A stretch of DNA of 46,639 nucleotides from Octopus bimaculoides (Eukaryota). The position numbers and the translations under genes were made by a program. The notes beneath the pieces were generated by a model. It was not told where the DNA came from and ran no database searches. It saw only the letters and a list, made by a program, of their open reading frames with translations. This document shows, one piece after another, positions 1 to 14,371 of the stretch. Each line of letters begins with the position of its first letter. The first letter of the stretch is position 1. The stretch covers positions 3,083,935 through 3,130,573 of the forward strand of contig NC_068995.1 of assembly GCF_001194135.2 (NCBI RefSeq), written 5' to 3'.

Positions 1-50
<50 letters not shown>
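1..50. repeat. (TC)n microsatellite
   Basis: Direct reading. Confidence 0.99.
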
Positions 51-55
<5 letters not shown>

Positions 56-804
56 ACCAACATACATGTATGCCTATAATGTATGTATTCAAGGCAAGTA
101 TGTGTTTGAAAAAGATTTATGTATCTATAATGCACATTGAGTGTGTACGTAATGAATAAATTAACCATCTAAATAAAGTACATTTATATATGTACTATAA
201 ATATACATAAACATATGTACAAATATATATGAACATATATAACTGAATATATACTGAATATATACATATACTTATATAAAGTGAGTATATGAAATACGTC
301 CAGTATTCAATAGCAGTCCCCACTCCCACCCCTGTTGGGGGTAGAATAATTCTTACTTCATTTAGAGTAGGAAGAGGCATAGACATCACAACACAGAGTT
401 GCTGTTGCACGGTGGAATCGCTTGCGAATCCGAAACCGTCTTAGAAATCAATAATTCTTTAAATGCCTCCTTTGCAGCAGAGCAAGACCCGGTGTTGAAC
501 AAAGCAACAAGGTTTCAGAGATGCTGAGAGTAATGGTAGAAGCAGCAGCAGCAGTAGTAGTAGTGGTGGTGGTGGTTGCGGTAGAAAATGAAACTGGATG
601 TATTTGTTTGTGTTGGTGTGTGTTGTGTGTGTGTGAGTGTGTGTGGGGGGTCTATTTTGTAAAAATTTACTTTTCGAAAGAGAAACGTAGACAAGGAGAA
701 AATCACAATATCTAATTGTGAAAGATTTGCTATAATATAATGTAGCATATATTAAATTCTACGTAGGCATATACATTCACACATACACAATAATATGTAT
801 ATAC

Positions 805-861
<57 letters not shown>

Positions 862-2065
862 AACACACACACACACACGCACACACACACACATACGGCT
901 TTTACTTTCGTCCTACACACCCTCACGCACACCTACATGCATATCATAATGGCAGTCACATATTTTCACATGAGCAAATAGACACGTTACATTGAAACAC
1001 GCGCACATACACATATGCACCAACGTACAAACCTAGTTATACACACAAAGCATACACGAATGTACGCTACATGTGCCGCCATTCAGGCAAACAGACATAT
1101 AGATATATCTAACTATTCTTGCTACACATTCATACATACGTACACACACACACACACAAAGATCGATTCTCAATGTGGTTTGGTAGCAACTAATATCAGT
1201 TATTGCAGGGCCTCTTCTTCTTATCTACCTCTCAGCTCTCATCAGTCTTTCCTTCTTCCAGTTTCTCATTCTTTCTCCCCTTCTCACTGTCTCTCACTCT
1301 ACCCTCTCTCTCTATTCCTCTCTTCCTCTCATTCGAGTCCACTTTCATTCTCTCACACACACCCTCTCTGTTATTCTCGTCCTCACACCCTATTCCCCCT
1401 CTCTTACAGCATCTGTCTTTTTCTTTTACTCCCCCTCACTCTATCTCCTACCCCAGTCATAAGCTCCATAACGCAGCAGACGACATTTTCTCCCTCCTTC
1501 ACTCACATATAGTCTCCATGGCTGCTTTTCTTTCCTTAATACACGCGGGTTGTTCAGTTTTCGACTGACGTGCCTGTTTTCTTTACCTTATATTTCGTTT
1601 GTTTAACAGACAACATTTACTTGCAGAACAAATCCTTCCATATTTCTTTCTTCCATTTATTTATTCATTACAATATATGTTTTATTGTATTTTCCTCCAT
1701 AAACCACCACCTCCCCTTCACCATCACAATCAACTCATACATTCCCCCTCTCTTTGCATATCACTCTTTCACTCTTCCTGTTCCCCACACACATTGCGTC
1801 TTTCTTCTACTCTCTTTTTCTCTCTTACTTTCTCTTTCTCCCTCACTCTATCATACAACCTGTCTATTCACCCTCTATCTCACTCTCACTTCCTTTCAGC
1901 TCTTACCCGTTCACTCCACTCTGTCTTTCCTGCCAGAGGAACAGTGTTTTCAGCGTGATGGCAATTGAATCAGTGAAAGACATAAAGCAAACGTTGTAAT
2001 TAATTAGTGAAACAGAGTTTGCCACTGTTCATTGGTATGCAGCATACTACTTCCTGCCTGTCTGA

Positions 2066-2130
<65 letters not shown>
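2066..2130. repeat. (CTAT)n microsatellite
   Basis: Direct reading. Confidence 0.97.
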
Positions 2131-2725
2131 GACCAATCAATCAATTTATCCCACTCACTCTCTTCTCTCTCTCTCTCCCTCTCATACACATACACATACA
2201 CATATACATATATATATATATATATTCTAACGTGAATGCGTATATTCATGGATTGAGTGTATATATTAAAGTAACATGCATGTTTACATTTCCATATACA
2301 TGACCAACTTACAAAAACAAAAATAAAATCACAAACACAGACCCAGACCATATTTATCGTTATATATGTGAACATGTTATTTAATATATATGTATATGTA
2401 TTACATACATTACATACAGACACATATATATATGTATATATATTTATTTATGTATATATATATATATATATATATGTATAAGTGCATATACCTATGTATA
2501 TGTGAAAGAGTAGGCCTGCTGGACGAAGTTTGAAAAAGCGTCACACAGAACACGGGCAAGGCATGAACGTCACAACGTCACACATTTCTCCTCTGCCTTC
2601 TTTGAACCTGTGACATTGCTTCACGTCCGTTTGAAAATGTTACACCCACGGAGTAAAGATGGGAAAACGCCGACATCATCCCCGCCAATCGCCATTGTGA
2701 CCACCACCACCATCACCACCATCGC

Positions 2726-2780
<55 letters not shown>

Positions 2781-3403
2781 GTCGTCGTCGTCGTCGTCAC
2801 CATCACATCATCGTCGTCGTCGTCGTCGTCGTCGTTGTCAAGATAACACTGTTTTGATAAATTACTACAATGTTCACAGCAATGAAATTATAATAATGTC
2901 TGCCTAAAATTCTGTCTGTGCGTCCCTACCACCATCGTGTGATTTTTTTTTTTTGCGTTTCTACCTGTCTGACCCTGTGTATGTATGTGTGTGTGTGTGT
3001 GTGTATGTGTGTGTGTGTGTATGAGTCTTTAAACACTCCCCGTTCATACAGCTGTTTGTTTGTCCTCTTTGTCTCTTCTTCCTCCTCCTCTCCCTCCTCC
3101 TCATCATCATCCTCACCATACCCCCACTGTATTCTCCCTTCCCCTCCCCGCCATTGTCTTCATCGACATCTTCATCAACCGCCATTGCTTTGATTCTTTT
3201 GCAGCACACCTTTCTCTCTCATCTGTTATATCACCGCCACCCCAGCATGCATTTCTCACCCATTCTAGTCCCTACTGTCCACCACACTAGCCCTTACTCT
3301 CCTATCATCACTCTCGCTTCTCACCCACGTTAGCCCTTATTTCTCACCCCGACATGCATTACTCTCACGCTGTAGCCTCAAATTCTCACTCCATCCTTTA
3401 TAA

Positions 3404-3500
3404 CTTAGTGGTTTGGGTGTTGCGCTCATGATCGCTTAGACCATGGACAAGGCAGCGTGTTGTGTTCTTGAGCAAAACACTTCGTTTCACCTCGCTCTGG
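3404..3500 (+). mobile_element. Decayed tRNA-derived SINE with a CORE-like segment
   Basis: A-box-like head CTTAGTGGTTTGGGTGTTGCGCTCATGATCG, then GTGTTCTTGAGCAAAACACTT resembling the CCTTGGGCAAG core. A GC-rich segment ending in (CTA)n at about 3727 may be its 3' part. Confidence 0.5.
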
Positions 3501-4062
3501 AGACCGATCTGTCAAAGAATAGACCCAACGTTTCCTTTGAGTGTTGCATTTGCCTTCCGACTTTGTAAAACCCTCACCAGCAACGACTGGCTACCCAGAA
3601 CAGACAGACCCACGAGTCGGAGGGTTGTCTCCTGAGTGGCACCTAGGGGATCCACAACAAATAGTGGATGAAGCGACGAGTTGTTACAGCGCATGCCCCC
3701 ATATTACTACTACTACTACTACTACTAGCCCTCACGTTTCGCTTTACCCCGCACTTCCCACCCACCTTAGCCCTCATTTCTCACCCACCTACCCAACGCT
3801 TTTTACCCACCCTAACACTAATACACACCAGACCCTGGCAACTTCCTGTTCAACCAGTACCTTACATCACATCACTAATCTCCCTCTCGTTCATCCCACC
3901 CACCTCGAATGTCTCATCCTTATCCTTACAATTTATCCAACCCCTCAAAATTCAATCCAAGTCTTAACATCTCGCCACATCGATATAAATTCCTGTTTAA
4001 TGGACCTTAAATATTTCCTACCTTCTTTTATCCAAAACTAGTCACTGATATGACATATAATA

Positions 4063-4297
4063 CAGACTATTCAAAAAGTCTCTCCACAGTGAGTTTTTCC
4101 CATTCAAGATGTATTTCAAAACATGTGTAGAAGATTCAACTTATGTATTGAAAATGAAGGACGACACTTTCAACTCCTCTTATAAAGTTTTTTAAAGTCT
4201 TGTAAAGTCTAATGTATTCTTTTGTAGTCTTTACCATCTTAGAAATATTTATTTTGCAATAAAATACTTACTGCGGAGAGACTTTTTGAACACACTG
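4063..4297. mobile_element. Tc1/mariner-type MITE, 235 bp
   Basis: 28-bp imperfect TIRs (CAGACTATTCAAAAAGTCTCTCCACAGT vs reverse complement CAGTGTGTTCAAAAAGTCTCTCCGCAGT); TA on both sides (4061-4062, 4298-4299). Confidence 0.85.
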
Positions 4298-4661
4298 TAT
4301 AATATAATATAATATATTGATAAATTGTTACAGGATTCATTAGAATCCAGGCGCATCAACACATAGGGTGCCAGAACTGGCTAGGTACCGTAACATAGGG
4401 TTCACAGTGAGGTAAAGCAACCACGAGGTATCATGTGTTGATTGTATACTGCAAATATGTAGATATGTAAGTAGCAAATGCAGTTTAAACTATAGATCAG
4501 ACTCAGGGCTGGTTCCAGGTTCGGCGTATAATATGTCAGGATTATTAACATAAAACAACCACCAGTAATATACTAGTTGCCACCCAATAGACTACTCAAG
4601 CTTTTGGTATTTCTAAAAAAATATATTATTATCATTATCATCATCATCATTATTATTATTA

Positions 4662-4708
<47 letters not shown>

Positions 4709-4860
4709 TCAATTTTGTTTCCATTTCTTGCCGAGTGTCTTCCCGACACCTAGGGCAAAGAAACTCACTATGTACATTGGCAAGCTATTAGAATAAACAC
4801 ACCAGGTTGTTCATTAATAAAGTCAAGAGATATGTGATAGAAAAAAGGGGAGCAGAAACA
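4709..4860 (-). mobile_element. Probable LINE 3' UTR fragment with stem-loop and (TAA)n tail
   Basis: Nested hairpin at 4727-4760 (TTGCC..GTGTC-ttccc-GACAC..GGCAA) directly before a minus-strand (TAA)n tract; lies between two (TTA)n runs. Confidence 0.4.
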
Positions 4861-4861
4861 A

Positions 4862-4942
<81 letters not shown>
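4861..4942. repeat. (TTA)n microsatellite; similar tracts at about 4625-4708 and 5399-5500
   Basis: Direct reading. Confidence 0.98.
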
Positions 4943-4944
<2 letters not shown>

Positions 4945-5396
4945 ATGCCATATTAGTTAGCAGGGATGTTGTGTTGAGGTTTCAGCGACAACAAGTCTCC
5001 TCAAAATCTCAAGAATCTTTTTTAAGATTCTTGCAGAATAAAGGATGACATTTTTCTGCAGATCGACAATGTGAGTCTCAGTTCTGACATCCTTTAGTCC
5101 CTCAGGTAGCAACTGGAATACTGTGCCGTGTACCCTAATTGCCCAAAGAAATAATCATCACCGTTGTCTTCCACAACCTCTTCAACTCTCCCTAGCAAGG
5201 CCCTAGTATTTCGTAATTTTCTCAATCTATTTAATATCTATTCTGTTATTATATAGTATTACGGAGTCTATGATCTAAATCTTTTTTGTTCTTTACAATC
5301 TTACCTGGTCTCCATTCTTCAGCAGTATGGCCAGACTTTATGGAGAAATCCCATAAAATCTGTTATTACTATTTCCCATACAGCCTATGACACCTG
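4945..5396 (-). mobile_element. Decayed 3' end of an R4/Dong-like non-LTR retrotransposon (restriction-like endonuclease region)
   Basis: Frameshifted translation gives ILWDFSIKSGHTAEEWRPG..IVKNKK, ELKRLWKT, GQLG, DLQK and YSARILKRFL, matching my recollection of the ILWDF..RRPD..RLWK..GALG..LQK..ARILRKVL pattern. (TTA)n on both sides. Confidence 0.7.
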
Positions 5397-5398
5397 TA

Positions 5399-5447
<49 letters not shown>

Positions 5448-7622
5448 GTTGTTGTTGCTGTTATTATTATTATCGTTGTTGCTGTTATTATTGTTTATTA
5501 GGGTTGCTCCTCCAGATAGATTTCGCAGTGACTAGTGCCCTGTTCCTATTTTGAGGCAATATGCAGAAACATGTATACTTCGACATGTATATAGCGCTAT
5601 CTTCTTAGCTGCAACTGCACAGTTATATAACGCGCAAACTTCAGCCGTGCAACCACAATTGTGCGGCCAGAACTGCATTTAAGAGCCACCAGTTGCCACT
5701 TACTTATTCCAACTTTATTCCGAATGAAGAAAAAATATCTCTTCTGGACTAATTTTTCTACCTTTTATCTGCAAATCATCTCAAAAGAAATTTCATTCAA
5801 GATAGAAGACATCAACGCTGGTTTACATCGCTGATATCATCTTTATAGCAATACTTGTCCCAAAATAGAAAAGGAAGAATTGTTGTGACACTCTGACTCC
5901 TCTAAGTTTGTAGCTTTACAGCTCGCCCCCAAGGAAAGCGTCTTGTCAACCTATATTTTCTCGTGTGTAGTTAAGACATTCAGAAAACATTTTCAAATAA
6001 ATACGAGTCACGTGTCATCACACGTGAGAGAAGCAGTCATTTTAGCCAGAAATAAAATGATTGGGAGATAACTCTGAATGATCGAGTGGAGAGAACTAAT
6101 ACACTCACCAAATGGTATACTGTCGACTGTTATTTTATAGAAAGAGCAAGTCTATTTGGTCTGAAAGGAAATGTGTCTTAAATTAGGAGGTTTACAGGTA
6201 CCTGGCTGGTGAAATGCTGATGTCATTAGTTGAATAGCTGGCATTTCGTGGTGGTTATTTTGACCAGTTGTAATCCAGGGTCCTCTATCCATGAATAACG
6301 TGTGGTTGACCACTCCATCAAAACCAGACTCTTTCTATTTTATATAAATCTGGGTTCATAAAGCACCCGTAATGGTTGGTGAAATTTAAGGGTGACAGTC
6401 ATTAATCGCGACAGATTCTGTGTTTAGAAAAGGACGGTTGTTCAACTTTATTCAGAAAACTTTGAGAATCAGATTTTCTGGTCAACATCTAAGTATTCTT
6501 GGCATTTTTAGACAACTAACGAACCCTGTTAACTCGTCATAAATTGTGTAGGTGCGATAAATGAAGACTGAACAAGACGAGACAGGAAACCGGAAATGAT
6601 ATTTCATATTCCAATTTGCCGCTCACTGGCTTCCGGCCTGTAGATTTATATCGAAGAACTCTTTGGCAGTTTGAACTTAATGATTGTAGAGAAGTCTCTA
6701 GATTTGTTCTTGGACAAATGCAACAAGACATCATATCTGTCGATGTTTGCGGTCAATGTTCAGTGACATTGAAGGCACAGAAAGGGACAGTTTCGAGAGA
6801 TCAAATAGCTTTCCCCTCTATAGAATTTCTTCAAATATTTCGCAAAAAGAAAATATGGTGAAGCCAGTTCTGTCCTATGTAAAGTTTAATGAAAGACAAT
6901 TGAGAACAATTTATCTGCTATGGATTAATGGAGCGAATACACTGTAAGGACCCAAGATGCAATAACGGAGAACAATTATCGACAAATGAAGTAATTCGGT
7001 CCCCCTCATCTCTTCGACCCCTAGTTTTTCAATACATTATATTTTTTATATATTTGGCGATATTTTGAACTGTTTTGAGTTAATTATTTTTCATGGTGGT
7101 TCTATTTAAAGATGATATTCTTCTCCCAAGCAGCCTAGGTCCCCAATGAAAAATTTGGTTGTTCTAAACAATAATTACTGCTTATTAATAAAACCAATTA
7201 ATTTAGGTTTCTTTAATCTTTGGCTGATGTTAAACCCCTCTATTCGAAGTGACCCTTCACCCACCATTGTTGTTTTTTCGTTATAAATTACCTTTCTGTT
7301 ATTATTATTACTACTATTATTATTATTGTTATTGTTGCTGTTAGTTTTTTTTTACGCATAAGAACTGGTTATGTGGTACTTTTGCGACACCAAATACTAT
7401 TTAGGTTAAAGCTCTTTCTCCTCTGTGGCTACTGCGATGTGCATGTACGTACGTGTTTATGTATGTATGTATGTATGTATGTGTGCGTGTGTATGCATGT
7501 ACGTACGTATGTATGTATATTTGTACGTATGTATTGTATGCATGTTTGTGTGTATGTATGCAAAGGCGTACGTATGTATGTATCTATGTATGTGCATGTA
7601 TGTGTATATATGCATGCATATG

Positions 7623-7624
<2 letters not shown>

Positions 7625-7684
<60 letters not shown>
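7625..7684. repeat. (CA)n microsatellite
   Basis: Direct reading. Confidence 0.98.
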
Positions 7685-7686
<2 letters not shown>

Positions 7687-8745
7687 CTATATAGATCTAT
7701 ACACACTTGTCTTCTAGTTAGTAAAAACAGTCATGAGCTGATGCTGAAATCCTTATGACCATCGCTTCAGTCGAATGAGTTCCACGATCTAAACAAGTCC
7801 TTTGACATATCAACTAGTTTGTTTGTGATTGTCCAGTGTAAAATAACCCTCAGAACACAGCAGAATCGTGCCATAAGTTGGAATGGACAAATTATATCCA
7901 TTGTTGTCATAGCAATCATTCTGGAGTTAATCTCACAAAAGAAAAAAAAAGCCTTCAACAGTTGAAATGTCAGGGTTTTGTTAAACGTATTACTAAAAGT
8001 CTTAAAACTCTTTTATTGGTCTCAGAGAAAGACGGTGTATGCTTAAGACTATTTGGTATTCCATTTCTTATAATATTTAACTCTTAGAAAAGATATTCTA
8101 AATAGCCAATTTCTTTAGCAATAATGAATTATTGTTATTAATCACTTTTCTCTTCTTGATGATTATGACAAGACAGTTAAGGAATAATTCCTTGTTTCGA
8201 AACTGATGTGTCCAAATATCTGTGGTCTGAAAAGTCAGAGTCACGCTGTATGATTATTCCAAACCGAGCAGAATTCCTGATACAAGACAATATTTCACAA
8301 AATCTAGTGAAAACCAGAACGGAAACAAGATGGTGTTTCTTCTCTGCTGATGCGGTACTTTTGTACAAGCTATCAAAAAGGTACTGACATGAACGAACTG
8401 GTTAGAATATACGCGTATAATATTTGCTACAAATTCCATCAAATGCCTTACCAAAGTCAATAAAGACCATTATTTGTTACTCATGTTGAAGATGGCAAAG
8501 TTAATTATGTCAGTTCCAATAATCAATGATGGTCTTCAAATCTGCTGTCAGAATTACAATATAATGGTTTGAGCAAATTCACTATCAATGGCACCGGATT
8601 TCCAATGTTCTTGGACCCTAAGTTGGGGTTGAAATAAAAGATCGTTGGGGGCCTTGTAATTGCTTGTCATGTTTCCTTATTTGTCAAAAAAAAAAAAAAG
8701 GTTAGCAGAGCATTTTCGAATGTCACGTGTGTATATGTGTGTGTG

Positions 8746-8751
<6 letters not shown>

Positions 8752-8823
<72 letters not shown>
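8752..8823. repeat. (GA)n microsatellite
   Basis: Direct reading. Confidence 0.98.
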
Positions 8824-8825
<2 letters not shown>

Positions 8826-9445
8826 GCAGTATGTACTTGTATTTCTACAGGCTGTTTAATGAAGTAAATCAGCAGCTATAAAACAATATATATAAATATA
8901 TATAAATATATATATATGTATGTACGTATGTACGTATGTATGTATGTAGGTACGTACGTATGTATGTATGTATGTATGTATGTATGTAGCTATTTGTGTG
9001 TGTGTGTGTGTGTGCATATATTTATGCTTATATGTATACGTATATCAATATCTATGCGTGCGTATGTGTGATAAGCCCAAGCGAAAATGTTATTCCATTC
9101 ATGACAACCACCCACCAAACCCTCCCGCCACACTACCAACCAAACTAAAAAAAATTAAAAAGGGAAAAAAGGATGAAATCCTCCCCCATCCCTGTAACCG
9201 GAACACCAAATTATTGCATCGGCTGTAGTACTGCAGTACTATATTCGTTAAAGCGATTCTATTTAAAGTAATATGACCGAGTTGCCGCATCCATGGCAGG
9301 TATTATTATTTAGTTAATCAACTCCTGCTTGTCTCGTGTCGCACACCATCCCCACGTCTCTAAAGTACTCTCACTAACACTGCAGTCCTATTTATCTATT
9401 CATTTATTTATCTATTTCTGATTATACATTTTTATTTTTTTTATA

Positions 9446-9514
<69 letters not shown>

Positions 9515-9990
9515 TTTTCTCTCTTTTTCTTTCGCTTCAAACCGGTTTAACGACGTTAAGATCTCCTAACAGAAAACAATACGTCATGTATTTGNNNNNN
9601 NNNNNNNNNNNNNNNNNNNNNNNNNNNNNNNNNNNNNNNNNNNNNNNNNNNNNNNNNNNNNNNNNNNNNNNNNNNNNNNNNNNNNNNNNNNNNNNNNNNN
9701 NNNNNNNNNNNNNNNNNNNNNNNNNNNNNNNNNNNNNNNNNNNNNNNNNNNNNNTATATATATATATATATATATATATATCATATATATATATTAGAAA
9801 GAGAGAGAAAGAGAGTGGAAGAGAGGGGGAGATAAATAGATAGATAGAGAGAGAGAGATAGGCAAATAAGTGTATTGTTAAAATCTTGATGTGCATATAT
9901 GCATATGGCGTTTCTGTATGCAAGTATGCGTTTGTTTCGTTGTATGTGCATGTTTACAAGGCACAAAGTACATTGTGAAAGCTGGCAAAG

Positions 9991-10065
<75 letters not shown>

Positions 10066-10078
10066 GAGNNNNNNNNNN

Positions 10079-10118
<40 letters not shown>

Positions 10119-10140
10119 GAGGAGGAGGAGGAGGAGGAGT
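9991..10140. repeat. (AGT)n/(GGA)n microsatellite spanning a 10-N gap
   Basis: Direct reading. Confidence 0.97.
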
Positions 10141-10506
10141 ATAATGATAATAAGACAAACCATAAGCTTTTATGTTTATTTACTTGTGTACTTATGTTTT
10201 TGGCCCCGGACCAATAAAGTGTTGAGCTAACCCTTGGGCTATTTGAACCCCAAAACTCAGCGAAACGACTATTATAAAATCACATTTTCTCTCTTTTTAA
10301 TCTCTGTGCTAATGCCATTCGTTCCTACCCCTCTCTTTACTCCCCCACTCTTTCTATGCCATGTTTTCTGATTTGATATGCATTACATCTATCTATCTAT
10401 CTATCTATCTTTCTATCTATTATCTTTCTATCTATTATCTATCTATCTATATAAGCTCGTCCATCTATACACACACACATATATATGCATATATGTATGC
10501 ACATCA

Positions 10507-10553
<47 letters not shown>

Positions 10554-10689
10554 NNNNNNNNNNNNNNNNNNNNNNNNNNNNNNNNNNNNNNNNNNNNNNN
10601 NNNNNNNNNNNNNNNNNNNNNNNNNNNNNNNNNNNNNNNNNNNNNNNNNNNNNNNNNNNNNNNNNNNNNNNNNNNNNNNNNNNNNNNNN

Positions 10690-10724
<35 letters not shown>

Positions 10725-11204
10725 TTACATATTTAGTTATTCAAATGCTATGCATAATTATATACTTACTATGCATACATTGTAATGTCTGACTACAATA
10801 TCCATACATAGAAACAGATTCATATATACATACAAACACTCACACATACACACACACATATACATACGTGTAAGTTAAATATTTCTCTACAAGATCGTCC
10901 GCATCCCCCCCCCCGCACACCCCACACAGTTCCTCGATAATCAGTTTATCACTGATAGATTATCGTACGAAACTATTGGCCAATCTAAGTATCGAACAGT
11001 TAATCGATATATCTTAACCTCTTGCTCAATATTATCTCATAACCCGTCGTCTCATACGATAACTTCAAATATTACATACGCATAGCTATATCAGTGATAT
11101 CAGATATAGGTTATCAGTGATGTTGATTGTAATGACGTCGATAATGATGATGATGATGATGATGATAACGACGACGATGACGATAACGACAATGATTAAT
11201 AATG

Positions 11205-11268
<64 letters not shown>

Positions 11269-11278
11269 TAATAATAGT

Positions 11279-11432
11279 GGTTTCAAATTTTGGCACAAAG
11301 CCAACATTTTTTTTTTAAATGAGAGGGGTTTTGCCAATTACACGAACCCCAGTGGTCAACTGGTACGTACGTTATCGACCTCTGAAAGGATGAAAGGCAG
11401 AGTTGACCTCGGTAGAATGTAGAACTCAGAAC
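11279..11432 (-). mobile_element. SINE family A copy (3' two-thirds) with (ATT)n tail
   Basis: Reverse complement matches the 46321-46543 and 30731-31023 copies (GGCyTTGTGCCAAAATTTGAAACC end; CTTTCATCCTTTC...CGATAA centre). Confidence 0.8.
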
Positions 11433-12417
11433 ATAAGGAGAAAAAGAACCGGAATTTTCATAATAATGATGATGACGATGATGGTGGTGGTGGTGGTGGT
11501 GGTGGTGGTGACGCTGTGACGATGGCGCTTTGTGTAACGCATTCGATAAATATCTTAGTGTTCATTCTAAGATTTCGTTCGGTTTGGTGGGTTTAGAAGT
11601 GGAATCGGAGGTGGTGAGGGTTAGGGGTCTCCTTTTTCTCATTGACAACGAGTAAGGACGAAAAGGTTAGATTCACAGTGAAGGAAGGATCCGTGGTAGG
11701 CGAACCGTCGGGTAGTCGGGTGGATAGCGTTACGTCATAGTGTATGCTTAAAACACTTTCAGCTCTTTACATACGAATCGGGGTGGCTGTAGTATTACTT
11801 TGGTGGTAAGTAAAATATCTCTCAACAGTTATGACCCCCTCAGAAATTGAAACGAAAATGGATGACGGCGATTAAGAGGTTGATAATGGTGATGATGATG
11901 ATGATGATGATAACAATAATAACACTACTTTGGCAGTAACACCACCAACAATAGCAACAACAATAGCAACTAGCCGTCTATCGGTGCAGCCTACCCTACT
12001 TCTTACCATTTCTATTCAAGTTACATCGATGTGTATATTTAATGCGTTGATATATTTATTAAACGGAGTGTGACGGTGAGAGAGAGAGGGGGGGAGAGCG
12101 AAAGAGGAAGAGAAGAGGAAGGAAAGATACAGGGGGGGAGAGAAAGAGAGAAAAAGGAAGGGAGAGAAAGAAGGAGGGAGAGAAAAAGGGAGAAAAGAAA
12201 AAGGAGAGAGAGAGAGAGAGAAAGAGAGGGAAGGAGAGGGAGAAAGAAGAGGGAGGGAGGGGAGAAGATTGAAAGATAGACGAGAGGGGAGGGGTGTTGT
12301 AAGAAAGATGGAAGGAAAATATCAATATGAATATATATGTATATATATATGTGTATACATAAATACATGTATATATATATATTTATAAGTATGTGTTTGT
12401 ATGTATATGTGACTATG

Positions 12418-12461
<44 letters not shown>

Positions 12462-12505
12462 TACACAAACATACATACACAAACACATATAAGTATATAT
12501 GTGTG

Positions 12506-12564
<59 letters not shown>

Positions 12565-12623
12565 ATATATATATATATATCTGTTTCTATCTCTATACAT
12601 ATCCATGTCAGTCTGTCTGCATA

Positions 12624-12659
<36 letters not shown>

Positions 12660-13059
12660 TGTATGTATGTATGTATGTATGTATGTATGTGTGTGTGTGT
12701 GTATGTATAATGGTTAGCGATCCTAGCTATAGATTTTACCTCGAAAATCTCTCCAGTGAGAGAGAGGCAATGTATAATAATATTGTATTTTTGCATGATG
12801 GCGGCGGCGGTCGTCTGCTTGCGTTTTATAATGACTTAAGATCGGTTCGTCACAGACAAGTTGATTAACTCGATAAAAATCTCTTGATTGTTGTTCTTTT
12901 ATTGTTGTTCCGCCTCAATGGAATGGTAAATACATTCTAAGTAAACATGAACCATCTCTTCATTTTCCAAATGGAAGATATACCTGTCATTTCTATCCAT
13001 GATGTTTTTAAATTCGCGTATGTATGTATGTATGTATGTATACAGACACATACATACAT

Positions 13060-13090
<31 letters not shown>

Positions 13091-13116
13091 CATATCCATA
13101 TACATACATACATACA

Positions 13117-13148
<32 letters not shown>

Positions 13149-13874
13149 NNNNNNNNNNNNNNNNNNNNNNNNNNNNNNNNNNNNNNNNNNNNNNNNNNNN
13201 NNNNNNNNNNNNNNNNNNNNNNNNNNNNNNNNNNNNNNNNNNNNNNNNNNNNNNNNNNNNNNNNNNNNNNNNNNNNNNNNNNNNNNNNNNNNNNNNNNNN
13301 NNNNNNNNNNNNNNNNNNNNNNNNNNNNNNNNNNNNNNNNNNNNNNNNNNNNNNNNNNNNNNNNNNNNNNNNNNNNNNNNNNNNNNNNNNNNNNNNNNNN
13401 NNNNNNNNNNNNNNNNNNNNNNNNNNNNNNNNNNNNNNNNNNNNNNNNNNNNNNNNNNNNNNNNNNNNNNNNNNNNNNNNNNNNNNNNNNNNNNNNNNNN
13501 NNNNNNNNNNNNNNNNNNNNNNNNNNNNNNNNNNNNNNNNNNNNNNNNNNNNNNNNNNNNNNNNNNNNNNNNNNNNNNNNNNNNNNNNNNNNNNNNNNNN
13601 NNNNNNNNNNNNNNNNNNNNNNNNNNNNNNNNNNNNNNNNNNNNNNNNNNNNNNNNNNNNNNNNNNNNNNNNNNNNNNNNNNNNNNNNNNNNNNNNNNNN
13701 NNNNNNNNNNNNNNNNNNNNNNNNNNNNNNNNNNNNNNNNNNNNNNNNNNNNNNNNNNNNNNNNNNNNNNNNNNNNNNNNNNNNNNNNNNNNNNNNNNNN
13801 NNNNNNNNNNNNNNNNNNNNNNNNNNNNNNNNNNNNNNNNNNNNNNNNNNNNNNNNNNNNNNNNNNNNNNNNNN

Positions 13875-13917
<43 letters not shown>

Positions 13918-14333
13918 TTTATAGATTATAGATGGATAAGCAGAAACACAGACAGATCGATCAATTGATACATAGTTAGAAAAAGAGATGGATAGATACA
14001 GTTGTATAGAGTGATAAATAGACAAATATATACAAATATACACGTACGTGTGTGTGCATGTGTATATATGTATATATATATATATGTGTGTATGTGTAAA
14101 TATATGTGTGCCTGTGTGTACATGAATGTGTGTGTGTATGTGTGTGCGTGTGTGTAGGGACTGAGAGAAAAGGGAGACAGAAAGAGAGACAGATTGATAG
14201 ATAAACAGATAGATAAATAGAGAGAGATATAGATAGACAGACAGATAGATTGATAGATAAATAAATGGATAGATAGATAGATAAATGGATAGATAGATAA
14301 ATAGATAGATAGATATACAGATAGATAGACAGG

Positions 14334-14371
<38 letters not shown>

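Noticed and set aside
405-445. Hairpin followed by GAAACCGTC, hammerhead-like 3' half
   Set aside because: No CUGANGA core upstream of the hairpin.
10946-11121. TATCACTGATA / TATCAGTGATA inverted motifs resembling the tetO core, in a GATA-rich patch
   Set aside because: Only 11 bp, flanks do not match tetO, no vector context; plausible by chance in AT-rich DNA.
11763-11805. Possible 43-nt plus-strand micro-exon (TTTCAG ... GTAAGT)
   Set aside because: Splice-like motifs of this quality are expected by chance in 46 kb; no partner exons or homology recognised.
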